From NCBI GenBank assembly GCA_038238735.1, contig JBBSFL010000001.1, positions 1 through 35,983 on the forward strand: a stretch of 35,983 bases of DNA, read 5' to 3'. Within the stretch, counting starts at the first letter, position 1; each line of letters begins with the position of its first letter. Of the stretch, positions 28,112 to 35,983 are shown one piece after another. This DNA comes from Fimbriimonadales bacterium. GTDB taxonomy: Bacteria; Armatimonadota; Fimbriimonadia; Fimbriimonadales; Fimbriimonadaceae. The notes below the pieces were generated by a model. The model made no database searches, was not told the DNA's origin, and was given only the letters and a program-made list of their open reading frames with translations. The position numbers were made by a program, and so were the translations under genes.

Positions 28112-28810
28112 TTGAAGCGCCGAGCAAAACAGGCCTTTCTCGACGCGCTGGACGCATTACGGCGAATGATCCGGCCCGTTCTCGCCATCCAGGCGGCCGC
28201 CGTGCTGTTGGTGATCGCGTTCTACTCATTTCCCGCGGTGCGGGAATTCAGCGGACGCCTTGCGAGTTGGAGCGCAGCGGGAGGCGTCTGGGGCGCCGCG
28301 CTGACTACCCTAGTGGCAAGCATCGTCATTCCTCGGCTATTCAAAGCGATCGTGAGGTGGAAAGGCGAGAAGGAGTCTGTGGCGGACCTTGCCTTCGAGG
28401 TCGGTTATTTTGCCTTCATCGGCATCGAAATCTTTCTGTTCTATGCCCTACAGTCCCTGCTCTTCGGCGACTCGCCGCGGTTTGCGACGGTGGCCGCGAA
28501 GGTAGCTCTCGACATGCTCGTCTTCACACCTCTTTGGAACATGCCCTTGTCGTCGGTTCTCTTTCTGTGGCGCGACCGAGGATTTTCCTTCGCGAGAACT
28601 CGCGAGTCGATTAAGCAGGGCGACTTGGTCCCCAGACTTGCGGTCTTTGTCGTGGGGGCTTGCGGCTACTGGTTTCTTATGGTCTCTGCTATCTACTCGC
28701 TGCCGCACGACGTGCAGTTCTGTCTGTTCCTGCTGGCCCAGGGCGCTTGGACTCTGATCTTGCTCGCGATGGATCGCGCGAAGCGCAGCGCCCTGCCCAT
28801 TCCCGTCTAG
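28112..28810 (+). CDS. Hypothetical polytopic membrane protein
   Basis: About 6 hydrophobic segments. The TTG at 28112 lies 1 nt after the serC stop, with an alternative ATG at 28166. Family not recognised. Confidence 0.55.
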   Translation: MKRRAKQAFLDALDALRRMIRPVLAIQAAAVLLVIAFYSFPAVREFSGRLASWSAAGGVWGAALTTLVASIVIPRLFKAIVRWKGEKESVADLAFEVGYFAFIGIEIFLFYALQSLLFGDSPRFATVAAKVALDMLVFTPLWNMPLSSVLFLWRDRGFSFARTRESIKQGDLVPRLAVFVVGACGYWFLMVSAIYSLPHDVQFCLFLLAQGAWTLILLAMDRAKRSALPIPV

Positions 28811-28839
28811 CCCCTATCGAAGGATGTATCCTCTCGCCA

Positions 28840-29541
28840 ATGCGGGGGACCTTGCTGAATACGGCGACGGTGGCGATCGGCGCGACCGTCGGTCTTCTGG
28901 CCGGCCAGATCATTCCCCATGACTATCGCGAAATCGCCCTCGCGGGGCTTGGGCTAGTGACGGTAGGGATTGGCCTGCGAATGTTTCTCAAAACTCGCAA
29001 CGTGCTGGTCGTAGCGATTTCGGTTTCCGTGGGCGGGGTGATCGGTTTGGCGTTGGGCATCCACTCGGGAATCGACGCTTTCGCAACATGGGCGCGAGAA
29101 CATCTCCCTGGCGACATCAGCCGATTCAACGAGGGCCTGATCACGTCCTTCGTACTCTTCTGCATCGGGCCTATGACCCTCCTCGGGTGCATGGAAGATG
29201 CGCTCGAAAAGAAGATCGAAATCCTGTCTCTGAAATCCACGATGGACGGCATAGCGGCGGTTTTTCTCGCCGCCACGTTTGGAGCGGGAGTCCTTGTGAC
29301 CGCTCTTCTGCTCTTCATCTTCCAGGGAACCGTGACGGTCGCGGCGTCCCGTCTTAAGGCGTTGGCGGATAATCCGATTTTGCTGGATGAATTGACAGCC
29401 TCGGGCGGAGCGATCTTGATGGGGATCGGGATTGGATTGATCGGCTTGAAGGACTTACACACCGCGAACTATCTGCCTACCTTGGCCCTGGCGCCATTGG
29501 TAGCGCTGGCGTTTACCCGGATTGAGAGGAGGACCGCGTGA
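28840..29541 (+). CDS. DUF554 family membrane protein (YqgA/YdfK-like)
   Basis: Start re-set to the ATG at 28840 (MRGTLLNTATVAIGATVGLLAG), the typical DUF554 N-terminus. Multiple Gly-rich TM helices. Confidence 0.8.
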   Translation: MRGTLLNTATVAIGATVGLLAGQIIPHDYREIALAGLGLVTVGIGLRMFLKTRNVLVVAISVSVGGVIGLALGIHSGIDAFATWAREHLPGDISRFNEGLITSFVLFCIGPMTLLGCMEDALEKKIEILSLKSTMDGIAAVFLAATFGAGVLVTALLLFIFQGTVTVAASRLKALADNPILLDELTASGGAILMGIGIGLIGLKDLHTANYLPTLALAPLVALAFTRIERRTA

Positions 29542-30698
29542 CAATGCGCCGTACTGGCGCGATCATGGTGGCGCTCGGAATTGCGAGCTTCGCGGGCGGG
29601 CAGCGGGTAGCCGACCGATACGGCGAAAACCTATCCGGCATTTTCTGGGGCCTCGCGCTTTGGCAATGGGTCGGTATCCTCATCGCCCTCGTTTTCGGGC
29701 TGCTCGTTGCGACCACCGTTCATCTCGTCACGAAACGAATTTTGCATTTGCGCGAACGGATTTGGGGGACGAAATTCAGTCGGACGACCTCACGGGGGCT
29801 TGGCCAGGGCGCGGCCATGGTGGCGCTTGTTCTGGTCGGGTACGCCGCCATTCCGAACTTGACCCTGCCGACAAACTTCGTCGCCAACTTCCAGTTGGTC
29901 CTAGAGGCCCTCTCCATCGCGGGGGGAGTGCTGATCGTGCTGGGTCTGTGGGACGCGGTCTGCGAGGCGATCGCGCATCGGTCCAGCCACGTCGCCCGGG
30001 CCGAGCGGCTCCTCATTCCGGTTACCCGGAAGCTCGTTCGGTTCCTGATCCTGGTCGTGGGACTTCTCGTAACCCTGGGCACCTTCGGGGTGAATGTGAC
30101 GGGGCTGATCGCGGGCCTCGGCATCGGCGGCTTGGTCGTCGCCTTGGCGGCGAAGGACTCGGTCGAGAATATCTTCGGGTCCCTCACGATCCTCTTCGAC
30201 ATGCCGTTCGCCCTCGGCGACTGGGTGAAGATCGACAAAGTGGAGGGCGTGGTCGAGGAGATCAACCTTCGCTCGACCCGCATCCGCAGTTTCGAAGACT
30301 CGATGATTACCCTCCCCAACTCGAATCTGATCAAGGCGAGCGTGGAGAATTTCGGAGCACGGCGTTTCCGTCGCCAAAAAATCTCCGTACGCTTTGCCTA
30401 CGACTCCAAACCCGATGTGTTGGCCAAATTCGTCGAAGCGATCCGTGTTTATTTAAAGGATGAGTTGCCCGCTATGGAAGGACGCACCATCGTACGGATG
30501 AACGAGTTGGCAGAGACTTCCATCGGCGTGCTCATTCAGTGCTTCTTCGAAGTCGACACGTATGACGAGGAACTACGCTTGCGGGAGCAGCTTCTGACCC
30601 AGATTTTGACGTTGGCTCGGCGCCTCCGGCTTCTCTTCGTTCCACTTCCACATCCAGCGATGGATGAACCGGAAGAGAAGACACCGGCAAAGAACTAG
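29538..30698 (+). CDS. Mechanosensitive ion channel family protein (MscS-like)
   Basis: Pore-helix and beta-domain region GLGIGGLVVALAAKDSVENIFGSLTILFDMPFALGDWVKID..GVVEEINLRSTRIRSFE. The GTG at 29538 overlaps the upstream TGA. An alternative ATG lies at 29544. Confidence 0.9.
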   Translation: MTMRRTGAIMVALGIASFAGGQRVADRYGENLSGIFWGLALWQWVGILIALVFGLLVATTVHLVTKRILHLRERIWGTKFSRTTSRGLGQGAAMVALVLVGYAAIPNLTLPTNFVANFQLVLEALSIAGGVLIVLGLWDAVCEAIAHRSSHVARAERLLIPVTRKLVRFLILVVGLLVTLGTFGVNVTGLIAGLGIGGLVVALAAKDSVENIFGSLTILFDMPFALGDWVKIDKVEGVVEEINLRSTRIRSFEDSMITLPNSNLIKASVENFGARRFRRQKISVRFAYDSKPDVLAKFVEAIRVYLKDELPAMEGRTIVRMNELAETSIGVLIQCFFEVDTYDEELRLREQLLTQILTLARRLRLLFVPLPHPAMDEPEEKTPAKN

Positions 30699-30703
30699 AA
30701 ACC

Positions 30704-31441
30704 ATGGTGGACCTAGACGCCTACCTCGCCCTCCGCAACCGTCCCAAGGGCCGGGCTGCCATGCGCCAGACTTGGCTCGATCTAACGTTCCTCCACTTCT
30801 CGGCCGATCCCGCCGGGGTTCAAGCGACCCTGCCCAACGGCCTAACCGTCGACACGTTTCCGGACGAACAGGGCCGGGAGCGAGCTTGGATAGGACTCGT
30901 TCCATTCCGTATGACGGGCATCCGGTTTGAAGGCACTCCCGCGATTCCAGGGTGCCACGCCTTCCCCGAGACGAACGTCCGCACCTATGTCCATCGCCAG
31001 GGCAGAGAGCCTGGCGTTTGGTTCTATAGCCTGGACGCCGCAAATCCCTTTGCTTGCGCGTACGCCCGACGATTCTTTGGGCTGCCGTACTTTGCCGCCG
31101 CAATGCACTGTCGCCGAAAGGGGAACGTCGTGCGATACCGGAGTAGTCGCCGAAGAGATGGCGCTCGCGTCGACGGATCGACCCTCATTGAAGGGTCGCT
31201 ACCGGCGCTCTTGCCGGGAACGCTCGAATTTTTTCTCATCGAGCGTTATCTGCTCTATGCAAGAAAGAGAGGAGAGCTCTATACGGGCAAGGTCTTTCAC
31301 AAGCCTTACGAACTGAATGCGGCGTCTTTCGAAGGTCAAGAATCGTTGCTTGCCTTCGCTTCGTTGGAACCTCGACCATGGGAAAGCTGCCTGTACAGTC
31401 CCGGAGTGTCAGTCGAGATCTTCTCTCTAACCAAGTGCTGA
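30704..31441 (+). CDS. DUF2071 family protein (YqjF-like)
   Basis: WLDLTFLHF, GLVPFRM, FPETNVRTYV, GVWFYSLDA and FGLPY segments are typical of DUF2071. Confidence 0.8.
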   Translation: MVDLDAYLALRNRPKGRAAMRQTWLDLTFLHFSADPAGVQATLPNGLTVDTFPDEQGRERAWIGLVPFRMTGIRFEGTPAIPGCHAFPETNVRTYVHRQGREPGVWFYSLDAANPFACAYARRFFGLPYFAAAMHCRRKGNVVRYRSSRRRDGARVDGSTLIEGSLPALLPGTLEFFLIERYLLYARKRGELYTGKVFHKPYELNAASFEGQESLLAFASLEPRPWESCLYSPGVSVEIFSLTKC

Positions 31442-31596
31442 GTCTCCCCTAACTCCGCCAAATCGGAAAGCCATGCCAACCGATTGCAAACGTGCCCGCC
31501 GGAGTCAAGGCGGTGCCAAACTTTTGTCGGAAACCCCGATGCCGAAGGAACTCAGGGGCACAAACTCTTCTGTTCGCGCTAACATCACGAGGACCT

Positions 31597-32079
31597 ATGG
31601 AGTTCTTGGTGCTATTTCCCGACGGCCGCACGTTCGGCCCTGCCAGCGTTCAGACCCTTTCGGAGTGGGCGCAGCAGGGCCGTTTGCTGCCCAACACCAC
31701 GCTGGAGAATCTCGGCACCAGGGAAAGGGTAACCGCGGGGAGCGTGGCTGGAATATTCCCCGCGCCTTCACAGCCCGAAAGCTTCGGTAGCCCTGCCGCA
31801 TATCCCAGATACTTTACGCCCGCAGCGAGCTACGCTCAGCCGATCGACGGCATGGCGATCGCTTCGCTGGTGCTCGGGATTCTCTCCATAATTCCCTTTT
31901 GTATCTGGTTTGTCGCAATTCCCCTAGGCATCATGGCGCTCATCTTTGGATTTCTGGGGAACAAGGGATCGAGCAAGGGGATTGCTGTCGGGGGAATCGT
32001 ATGCGGCATTGTGGGCATCGTGATCGCCCTCATCTTCGTGCTGCTCATCTATAGCAACCGCGGTCGAGGCTGGTTTTAG
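31597..32079 (+). CDS. GYF_2 (DUF4339)-like N-terminal domain fused to a DUF4190-like membrane domain
   Basis: Start re-set to the ATG at 31597, preceded by GAGGA. The N-terminus is MEFLVLFPDGRTFGPASVQTLSEWAQQGRLLPNTTL. The C-terminal helices are Gly/Ile-rich (IASLVLGILSIIPF..., GGIVCGIVGIVIALIFVLLI). Confidence 0.7.
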   Translation: MEFLVLFPDGRTFGPASVQTLSEWAQQGRLLPNTTLENLGTRERVTAGSVAGIFPAPSQPESFGSPAAYPRYFTPAASYAQPIDGMAIASLVLGILSIIPFCIWFVAIPLGIMALIFGFLGNKGSSKGIAVGGIVCGIVGIVIALIFVLLIYSNRGRGWF

Positions 32080-33023
32080 TACGTCAGATACTGGGTGTGG
32101 AAGGTGCCGTCTGCGTGCAGGTCGATCAGGCTGAATCCCTGACTCGTCTCCTGCATCGGACCGTTCCACCAAGCTCCGCAAACGGAGCCGCCGCAATAGT
32201 GCGTCACGCCGTTATATTCGACCTTGTTCACTAAGTGGGTATGCCCACTTAGACAGAGCCGAACGTTTGGATGCTTCCACATCAGGTCCTTGATCTTGCG
32301 ACCGTCGACATGCATCAGGGCGCCCGGGATGTGCCAGTAACCGGCGCTCTCGTATTGTCCGAACAACGCCGCACAAGCGGAGAGGATCGGCACGTGCGAA
32401 ACCATGCAGATCGGCGTCGTTTTTGGCACGGCTTGGAAGTCTGCCTCTAGCCACTTCAGCTGTTGTTCGCCGAGGTGGGCCGTGTAAGCTCCCTTGGGAG
32501 CGCGCATGAGGCTGTCGAGGAAAACGAAGTGCCAACCCGCCGCGTCGAAGCTGCGATTGGGCTTTTCTAGGCCGGTCCATTTGAGCCAGTAATTCTTGCC
32601 GAAATCATCGTGGTCTTGGAGCTTGGAGGCGTTAGTGCCCCAGCCCCAAATGTCGTGGTTTCCGATGCAGTGCTGCACGGGCAAGCTGTTGTGGCGATCG
32701 AAGATGCCGGATACAAGGTCGTATTGAGCTTCGACCCGTCCGTGATCCTCGTTCAGCGCATCCATGATAATGTCGCCACCCTGGAATATAACGTCAGGCT
32801 TCTCAGTGAGACTGTTAACCGTCTTCAGGCACTCTGTAAGACGGTCGACACCCTTACCTTCCGGCTTCAGGTGAATATCCGTCAGATGTGCGATGCGGAG
32901 AACCCGACGGTTGTGATGGTGGCCGGGGCGGCGATGCCGCTCCCCAAAGGGCGACGCGAGGATGGGCGCCGCGACACCAGCCGCTGCTCCCGCCAGTAGC
33001 CCCCTGCGAGACAATCCCTCCAT
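32076..33023 (-). CDS. Tat-signal metallophosphoesterase
   Basis: Start re-set to the ATG at 33023 (MEGLSRRGLLAGAAAGVAAPILA). Motifs HLTDIHL, GGDIIMD, GNHD, SHVP and SGHTH are present. Confidence 0.85.
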   Translation of the reverse strand: MEGLSRRGLLAGAAAGVAAPILASPFGERHRRPGHHHNRRVLRIAHLTDIHLKPEGKGVDRLTECLKTVNSLTEKPDVIFQGGDIIMDALNEDHGRVEAQYDLVSGIFDRHNSLPVQHCIGNHDIWGWGTNASKLQDHDDFGKNYWLKWTGLEKPNRSFDAAGWHFVFLDSLMRAPKGAYTAHLGEQQLKWLEADFQAVPKTTPICMVSHVPILSACAALFGQYESAGYWHIPGALMHVDGRKIKDLMWKHPNVRLCLSGHTHLVNKVEYNGVTHYCGGSVCGAWWNGPMQETSQGFSLIDLHADGTFHTQYLTY

Positions 33024-33241
33024 ACCATTGAAAGATAGCGTGAAATCCCCTAAAACCAAGGGCTAGATCCATAAAATGCTGCGAAAAAAGCCCTTAACGC
33101 TACATTTGGCGAACTTTTCTCCCTTCGATGCCGAGAAATTCCTTGACGCCATCACGCGTCGTCCAGGCCCGCCCTACGGCAGCTACGGGCGCCGCGACCG
33201 TTACTTGCTTGACAAGGACTCGGTCGCTCGCCGGCTCGGCC

Positions 33242-33353
33242 GCCGCAATGGAAGTCAATGCCATTATTCAATGAAGGTTGCGGGTAAGAACCGCTTCTCT
33301 TGCAAGGTGTTTGGCGCCGCAATGGAAGTCAATGCCATTAATCCAATGAAGGT
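33242..33353. repeat. Two direct repeats of 37 and 38 nt separated by 37 nt, in a non-coding gap
   Basis: R1 (33242-33278) is GCCGCAATGGAAGTCAATGCCATTATTCAATGAAGGT. R2 (33316-33353) is GCCGCAATGGAAGTCAATGCCATTAATCCAATGAAGGT. The first 25 nt are identical. Each repeat contains CAATG three times. Confidence 0.8.
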
Positions 33354-33414
33354 GCTGATCACTTTCCGTCCTCCGTCTGCACGTATCCCTCGCCTGTCTC
33401 GCAATACCGCTTGA

Positions 33415-33472
33415 GCCGGCGCAGGCCTGAATTCCACCCTAGCCCGCAGTCCTATAGCTAGGGTGCGCCGGC
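33415..33472. other. Nested GC-rich hairpin downstream of the aminotransferase gene
   Basis: The outer stem GCCGGCG (33415-33421) pairs with CGCCGGC (33466-33472). The inner stem CACCCTAGC (33435-33443) pairs with GCTAGGGTG (33457-33465). No U-tract. Confidence 0.5.
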
Positions 33473-33516
33473 GTCCCGTCGGCAAGACTGGCAAGCGCCA
33501 CGGCACAAAAGTGAGC

Positions 33517-34668
33517 CTACGAGACCTTCTGATCCGCGAACCGGAGAACGCTCTCCGCAACATATCGGGCCTGAGCCTCCGACAGATGCTGGTGGATCGG
33601 CAAGTTCAGAATATCTTTCGAGACTCTTTCCGTGACGGGTAGCGATCCCTCGCCCGCCGCGAACTTGCGGTATGGCGAATGGAAGTGGATCGGCACCGGA
33701 TAGTAGATCATGGAATCCACTTCCTGCTCTTTCAAGAACGCCTGCATCGCGTCCCGACGCTCATGACGGATCGAGAACTGGTGCCAGGTGTTGTTGTTGC
33801 CTTCGAAAGTCGTCGGCAGAATTGCGTCGCTGCCCCGTAAAAGGTCCGTGTAGATCGCGGCGATCCTCGTGCGTCTTTCGTTCCACTCGGCCAGCCGAGT
33901 GAGCTTCACGCGAAGCACCGCGGCCTGCATCTCGTCCATGCGCGCCGTGTAGCCGAGGTGGTCGTAATAGTAGCGCTCGCGCCCCATGCCGTGGACCCGA
34001 ATGGACCGGCAAGCCTCCGCGACTGCGTCGTCGTTGGTCACGATCATCCCCGCATCACCGGCCGCCCCGAGGTTCTTGGTCACGTAGAAACTGAAGCCAG
34101 CCGCAGAACCGAAGTGCCCCGCCGGCTTTCCGTTGTAGTTGCAGCCAAGCGCCTGTGCCGCGTCCTCCAAGACGATAAGATTGTGCTTAGCGGCGATCGC
34201 CGCTATGGATTCGATGTGGGCCATCTGGCCGAAAAGGTGGATAGGCAGGATCGCCTTCGTGCGAGGCGTAATCGCCGCTTCGATCTTCGTCGGATCGAGC
34301 ATGAATCCGTGACTTTCGATGTCGACGAACACCGGCGTCGCACCCGTCTGGACGATCGTCTCTACGGAGGCTACGAAGGTGAATGCGGTCGTGATGACCT
34401 CGTCGCCCGCTCCGATCCCCACCGCATCCATGGAAATGCGAAGCGCATCCGTGCCCGAGTTAAGCGCGATCCCGTGCTTCATCTGATGCAGATCGGCCAG
34501 CTCTCGTTCCAGCGCCGAATGGTTCTTTCCCATTACGTACGCGCCGCTAGAAAGGACGTCGTGAACGGCGGCGTCGAGCTGCGGCGCGAGCTCGTCGTAC
34601 TGGGCTTTGATATCGTAAAAAGGAACTCTCACGGCGCCTCTATTGTGGCTGATTCGCATCAAAGGCAT
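33517..34668 (-). CDS. DegT/DnrJ/EryC1/StrS family PLP-dependent (sugar) aminotransferase
   Basis: VPFYDIKAQYDEL, ALNSGTDAL, and the FYVTKNLGA active-site Lys region are present. Length 383 aa. Confidence 0.9.
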   Translation of the reverse strand: MPLMRISHNRGAVRVPFYDIKAQYDELAPQLDAAVHDVLSSGAYVMGKNHSALERELADLHQMKHGIALNSGTDALRISMDAVGIGAGDEVITTAFTFVASVETIVQTGATPVFVDIESHGFMLDPTKIEAAITPRTKAILPIHLFGQMAHIESIAAIAAKHNLIVLEDAAQALGCNYNGKPAGHFGSAAGFSFYVTKNLGAAGDAGMIVTNDDAVAEACRSIRVHGMGRERYYYDHLGYTARMDEMQAAVLRVKLTRLAEWNERRTRIAAIYTDLLRGSDAILPTTFEGNNNTWHQFSIRHERRDAMQAFLKEQEVDSMIYYPVPIHFHSPYRKFAAGEGSLPVTERVSKDILNLPIHQHLSEAQARYVAESVLRFADQKVS

Positions 34669-34775
34669 AAGGCGCGAATCGGTGTAGACGCAGGTTCAAC
34701 CTGCGACATGCAAGCGATCTCGCGGACCTTGCCATTCCTCGCTACAAGGGGCTCCTTTACTCGGGAGTCAACCTG

Positions 34776-34821
34776 AGAAAACAAAAGGCCGGCGGAAAAA
34801 CCGCCGGCCCTTTCAAACTTT
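34776..34821 (-). terminator. Intrinsic terminator after the small acidic protein gene
   Basis: GGCCGGCGG (34787-34795), loop AAAAA, CCGCCGGCC (34801-34809). The A-rich tract 34776-34786 reads TTTTGTTTTCTC on the minus strand. Confidence 0.75.
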
Positions 34822-34838
34822 CTCGCGCCGCTGCGAGG

Positions 34839-35051
34839 TTAGGCGACGCTTGCGCAGGCGCCGCACTCAAGCGCCAGCGAAATTTCCCTTTCAAGCCGTC
34901 CAGCTTCGAAATCGCTTAGATAGATGCGATCGATGCCTGCGGGCTCCGTCAGCTTCCTCAGATACATAATGAGGTCCTCCGCCTCTTCACGACTGAGGAC
35001 GATGCCGACGTCGTTAAGAGTCTTGCTGGTTGCGTAGTCAACGATCTTCAT
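34839..35051 (-). CDS. Small acidic hypothetical protein (70 aa) with a C-terminal ECGACASVA tail
   Basis: Perfect AGGAGG (35066..35061) lies 9 nt upstream of the ATG, and the gene has its own terminator. Family not recognised. Confidence 0.65.
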   Translation of the reverse strand: MKIVDYATSKTLNDVGIVLSREEAEDLIMYLRKLTEPAGIDRIYLSDFEAGRLEREISLALECGACASVA

Positions 35052-35317
35052 TGTCCTCTTCCTCCTTGTTTGTGTCTAACGAATAGAACTACAAGCGGTA
35101 ACGGCTGCCCCGTTCCAATGTTCGGCACGTTCAGGCCAAAAGCCTCAGAATGATCGGAGTCGAGCGCGAATCCATGAACGCTCGAACTGCATTCGAAGAG
35201 CGCACATCAGTTCCAATCTTGATGCACAAACTCTGAAGATGGCACTCCACTCACATTTGCAACTGAAGGGGCTCGCGGAGTCGGACCTCTAGCGATTGTT
35301 GGGTCCACAATACAAGC

Positions 35318-35983
35318 ATGAGCGTCACCGAGATCTTCCGCGAGATGAGCTACGGGCCCGCGCCGGAATCGGCGGGACTGGCGAACGAGTGGCTGGATAA
35401 CCACGGACGGGAGTTTGGGCTGTATATCGGCGGCGATTTTCGAGACCCCTCCGACGCGCGGCGGTTCGAAACCCACAACCCCGCCACCGCCAAACCTATC
35501 GCAAAGATCGCGCAAGCGAGCGAAGCTGACGTCGACGCCGCCGTCCGCGCTGCGCGAGCGGCCCAGCCGGAGTGGGAAGTGCTCGGCGGGCACGGACGGG
35601 CCCGGGTGATGTACGCCATCGCGCGCAAGATCCAGAAGCATTCGCGCCTCTTCGCCGTGCTCGAATCGATGGACAACGGCAAGCCGATCCGGGAGACGCG
35701 CGACCTCGACATTCCGCTAGTGGTCCGCCACTTCTACCACCACGCCGGCTGGGCCCAGGTTCGCAACGACGAGTTTCCGGGCTACGGACCAATCGGCGTG
35801 TGCGGCCAGATTATCCCCTGGAATTTCCCCCTCCTGATGCTCGCCTGGAAGATCGCCCCCGCGCTCGCCGGCGGAAACACGGTGGTGCTCAAGCCAGCCG
35901 AATTCACATCCCTGACGGCGCTTCTCTTCGCCGAAATCTGCGTCGAAGCGGGAGTTCCGAAGGGGGTCGTCAACATCGTTACC
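35318..35983 (+). CDS. Aldehyde dehydrogenase family protein, 3'-truncated by the window end
   Basis: Not in the ORF track because there is no stop before the window end. My translation from the ATG at 35318 gives MSVTEIFREMSYGPAPES...HNPATAKPIAKIAQASEADVDAAV...GQIIPWNFPLLMLAWKIAPALAGGNTVVLKPAEFTSLTA. An in-frame stop lies upstream at 35264. Confidence 0.9.
   Translation, partial: MSVTEIFREMSYGPAPESAGLANEWLDNHGREFGLYIGGDFRDPSDARRFETHNPATAKPIAKIAQASEADVDAAVRAARAAQPEWEVLGGHGRARVMYAIARKIQKHSRLFAVLESMDNGKPIRETRDLDIPLVVRHFYHHAGWAQVRNDEFPGYGPIGVCGQIIPWNFPLLMLAWKIAPALAGGNTVVLKPAEFTSLTALLFAEICVEAGVPKGVVNIVT

Noticed and set aside
27211-28188. Long antisense or alternate-frame ORFs inside well-supported genes. 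Examples are 27211..28188(-) in serC, 2528..3334(-) and 2364..2897(-) in the YitJ-type gene, 29522..30463(+) and 29720..30334(-) in the MscS gene, 33958..34776(+) in the DegT gene, 12040..12579(+) in the M14 gene, and 35207..35976(-) in the aldehyde dehydrogenase
   Set aside because: These are typical stop-poor shadow frames of a GC-rich genome. Their translations are Arg/Pro/Gly/Ala-rich with no motifs, while the opposing frame carries unmistakable family signatures.
33242-33353. Minimal CRISPR array (37-nt repeats, 37-nt spacer)
   Set aside because: There are only two copies, and their 3' thirds differ by an indel and a mismatch. No further copies occur at the 74-nt period on either side, and there are no cas genes in the window. 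It is reported as an unexplained direct repeat instead.
33076-33414. 112-aa basic ORF filling the large gap (MLRKKPLTLHLANFSPFDAEKF...)
   Set aside because: There is no Shine-Dalgarno sequence and no recognisable domain. The two DNA repeats fall in different reading frames of it, and its C-terminal half is Arg/Pro/Ser junk-like. It may be a gene relic, but I cannot support a CDS call.
1-35983. tRNA, rRNA, tmRNA, SRP/RNase P RNA, IS elements, integrases, toxin-antitoxin pairs and known defence genes
   Set aside because: I scanned the intergenic gaps by eye for T-loop-like GGTTCGAA motifs with cloverleaf context, terminal inverted repeats and transposase-like ORFs, and found none. A tRNAscan/Infernal/ISfinder run would be the decisive check.

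Overview
This is a GC-rich (about 60%) bacterial chromosomal segment that is densely coding on both strands and mostly housekeeping. I found no rRNA, tRNA, CRISPR array, transposase, integrase or phage genes. Core metabolism genes I can recognise are a YitJ-type bifunctional homocysteine methyltransferase/MTHFR, ribBA, argH, hisI, a plsC-like gene, purN, acnA, nadA, serC, a DegT-family aminotransferase and a 3'-truncated aldehyde dehydrogenase. The aldehyde dehydrogenase is absent from the ORF track because it runs off the window end. Three PEP-CTERM proteins (one of them decayed) and a prepilin-type N-terminal protein point to an exosortase-bearing Gram-negative lineage such as Armatimonadota, Verrucomicrobiota or Planctomycetota, but I cannot fix the taxon. 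I do not see a clear multi-gene novel system such as a defence island. The stretches most worth a second look are listed here.
- A 146-aa secreted protein at 26386..26826 is about 23% Met and also His-rich, with an internal duplication.
- A 493-bp non-coding gap at 33024..33516 holds two 37/38-nt direct repeats separated by 37 nt, plus a nested hairpin.
- Two adjacent inactivated genes lie at 24955..26321 (two 1-nt frameshifts and an in-frame TGA).
- A near-consensus sigma-54 -24/-12 element and a perfect TATAAT both sit directly against the GTG start at 2079.
- A tightly packed run of serC plus four membrane or unknown genes spans 27019..31441.
Many track ORFs are antisense shadows or upstream extensions of real genes, so several starts were re-set.
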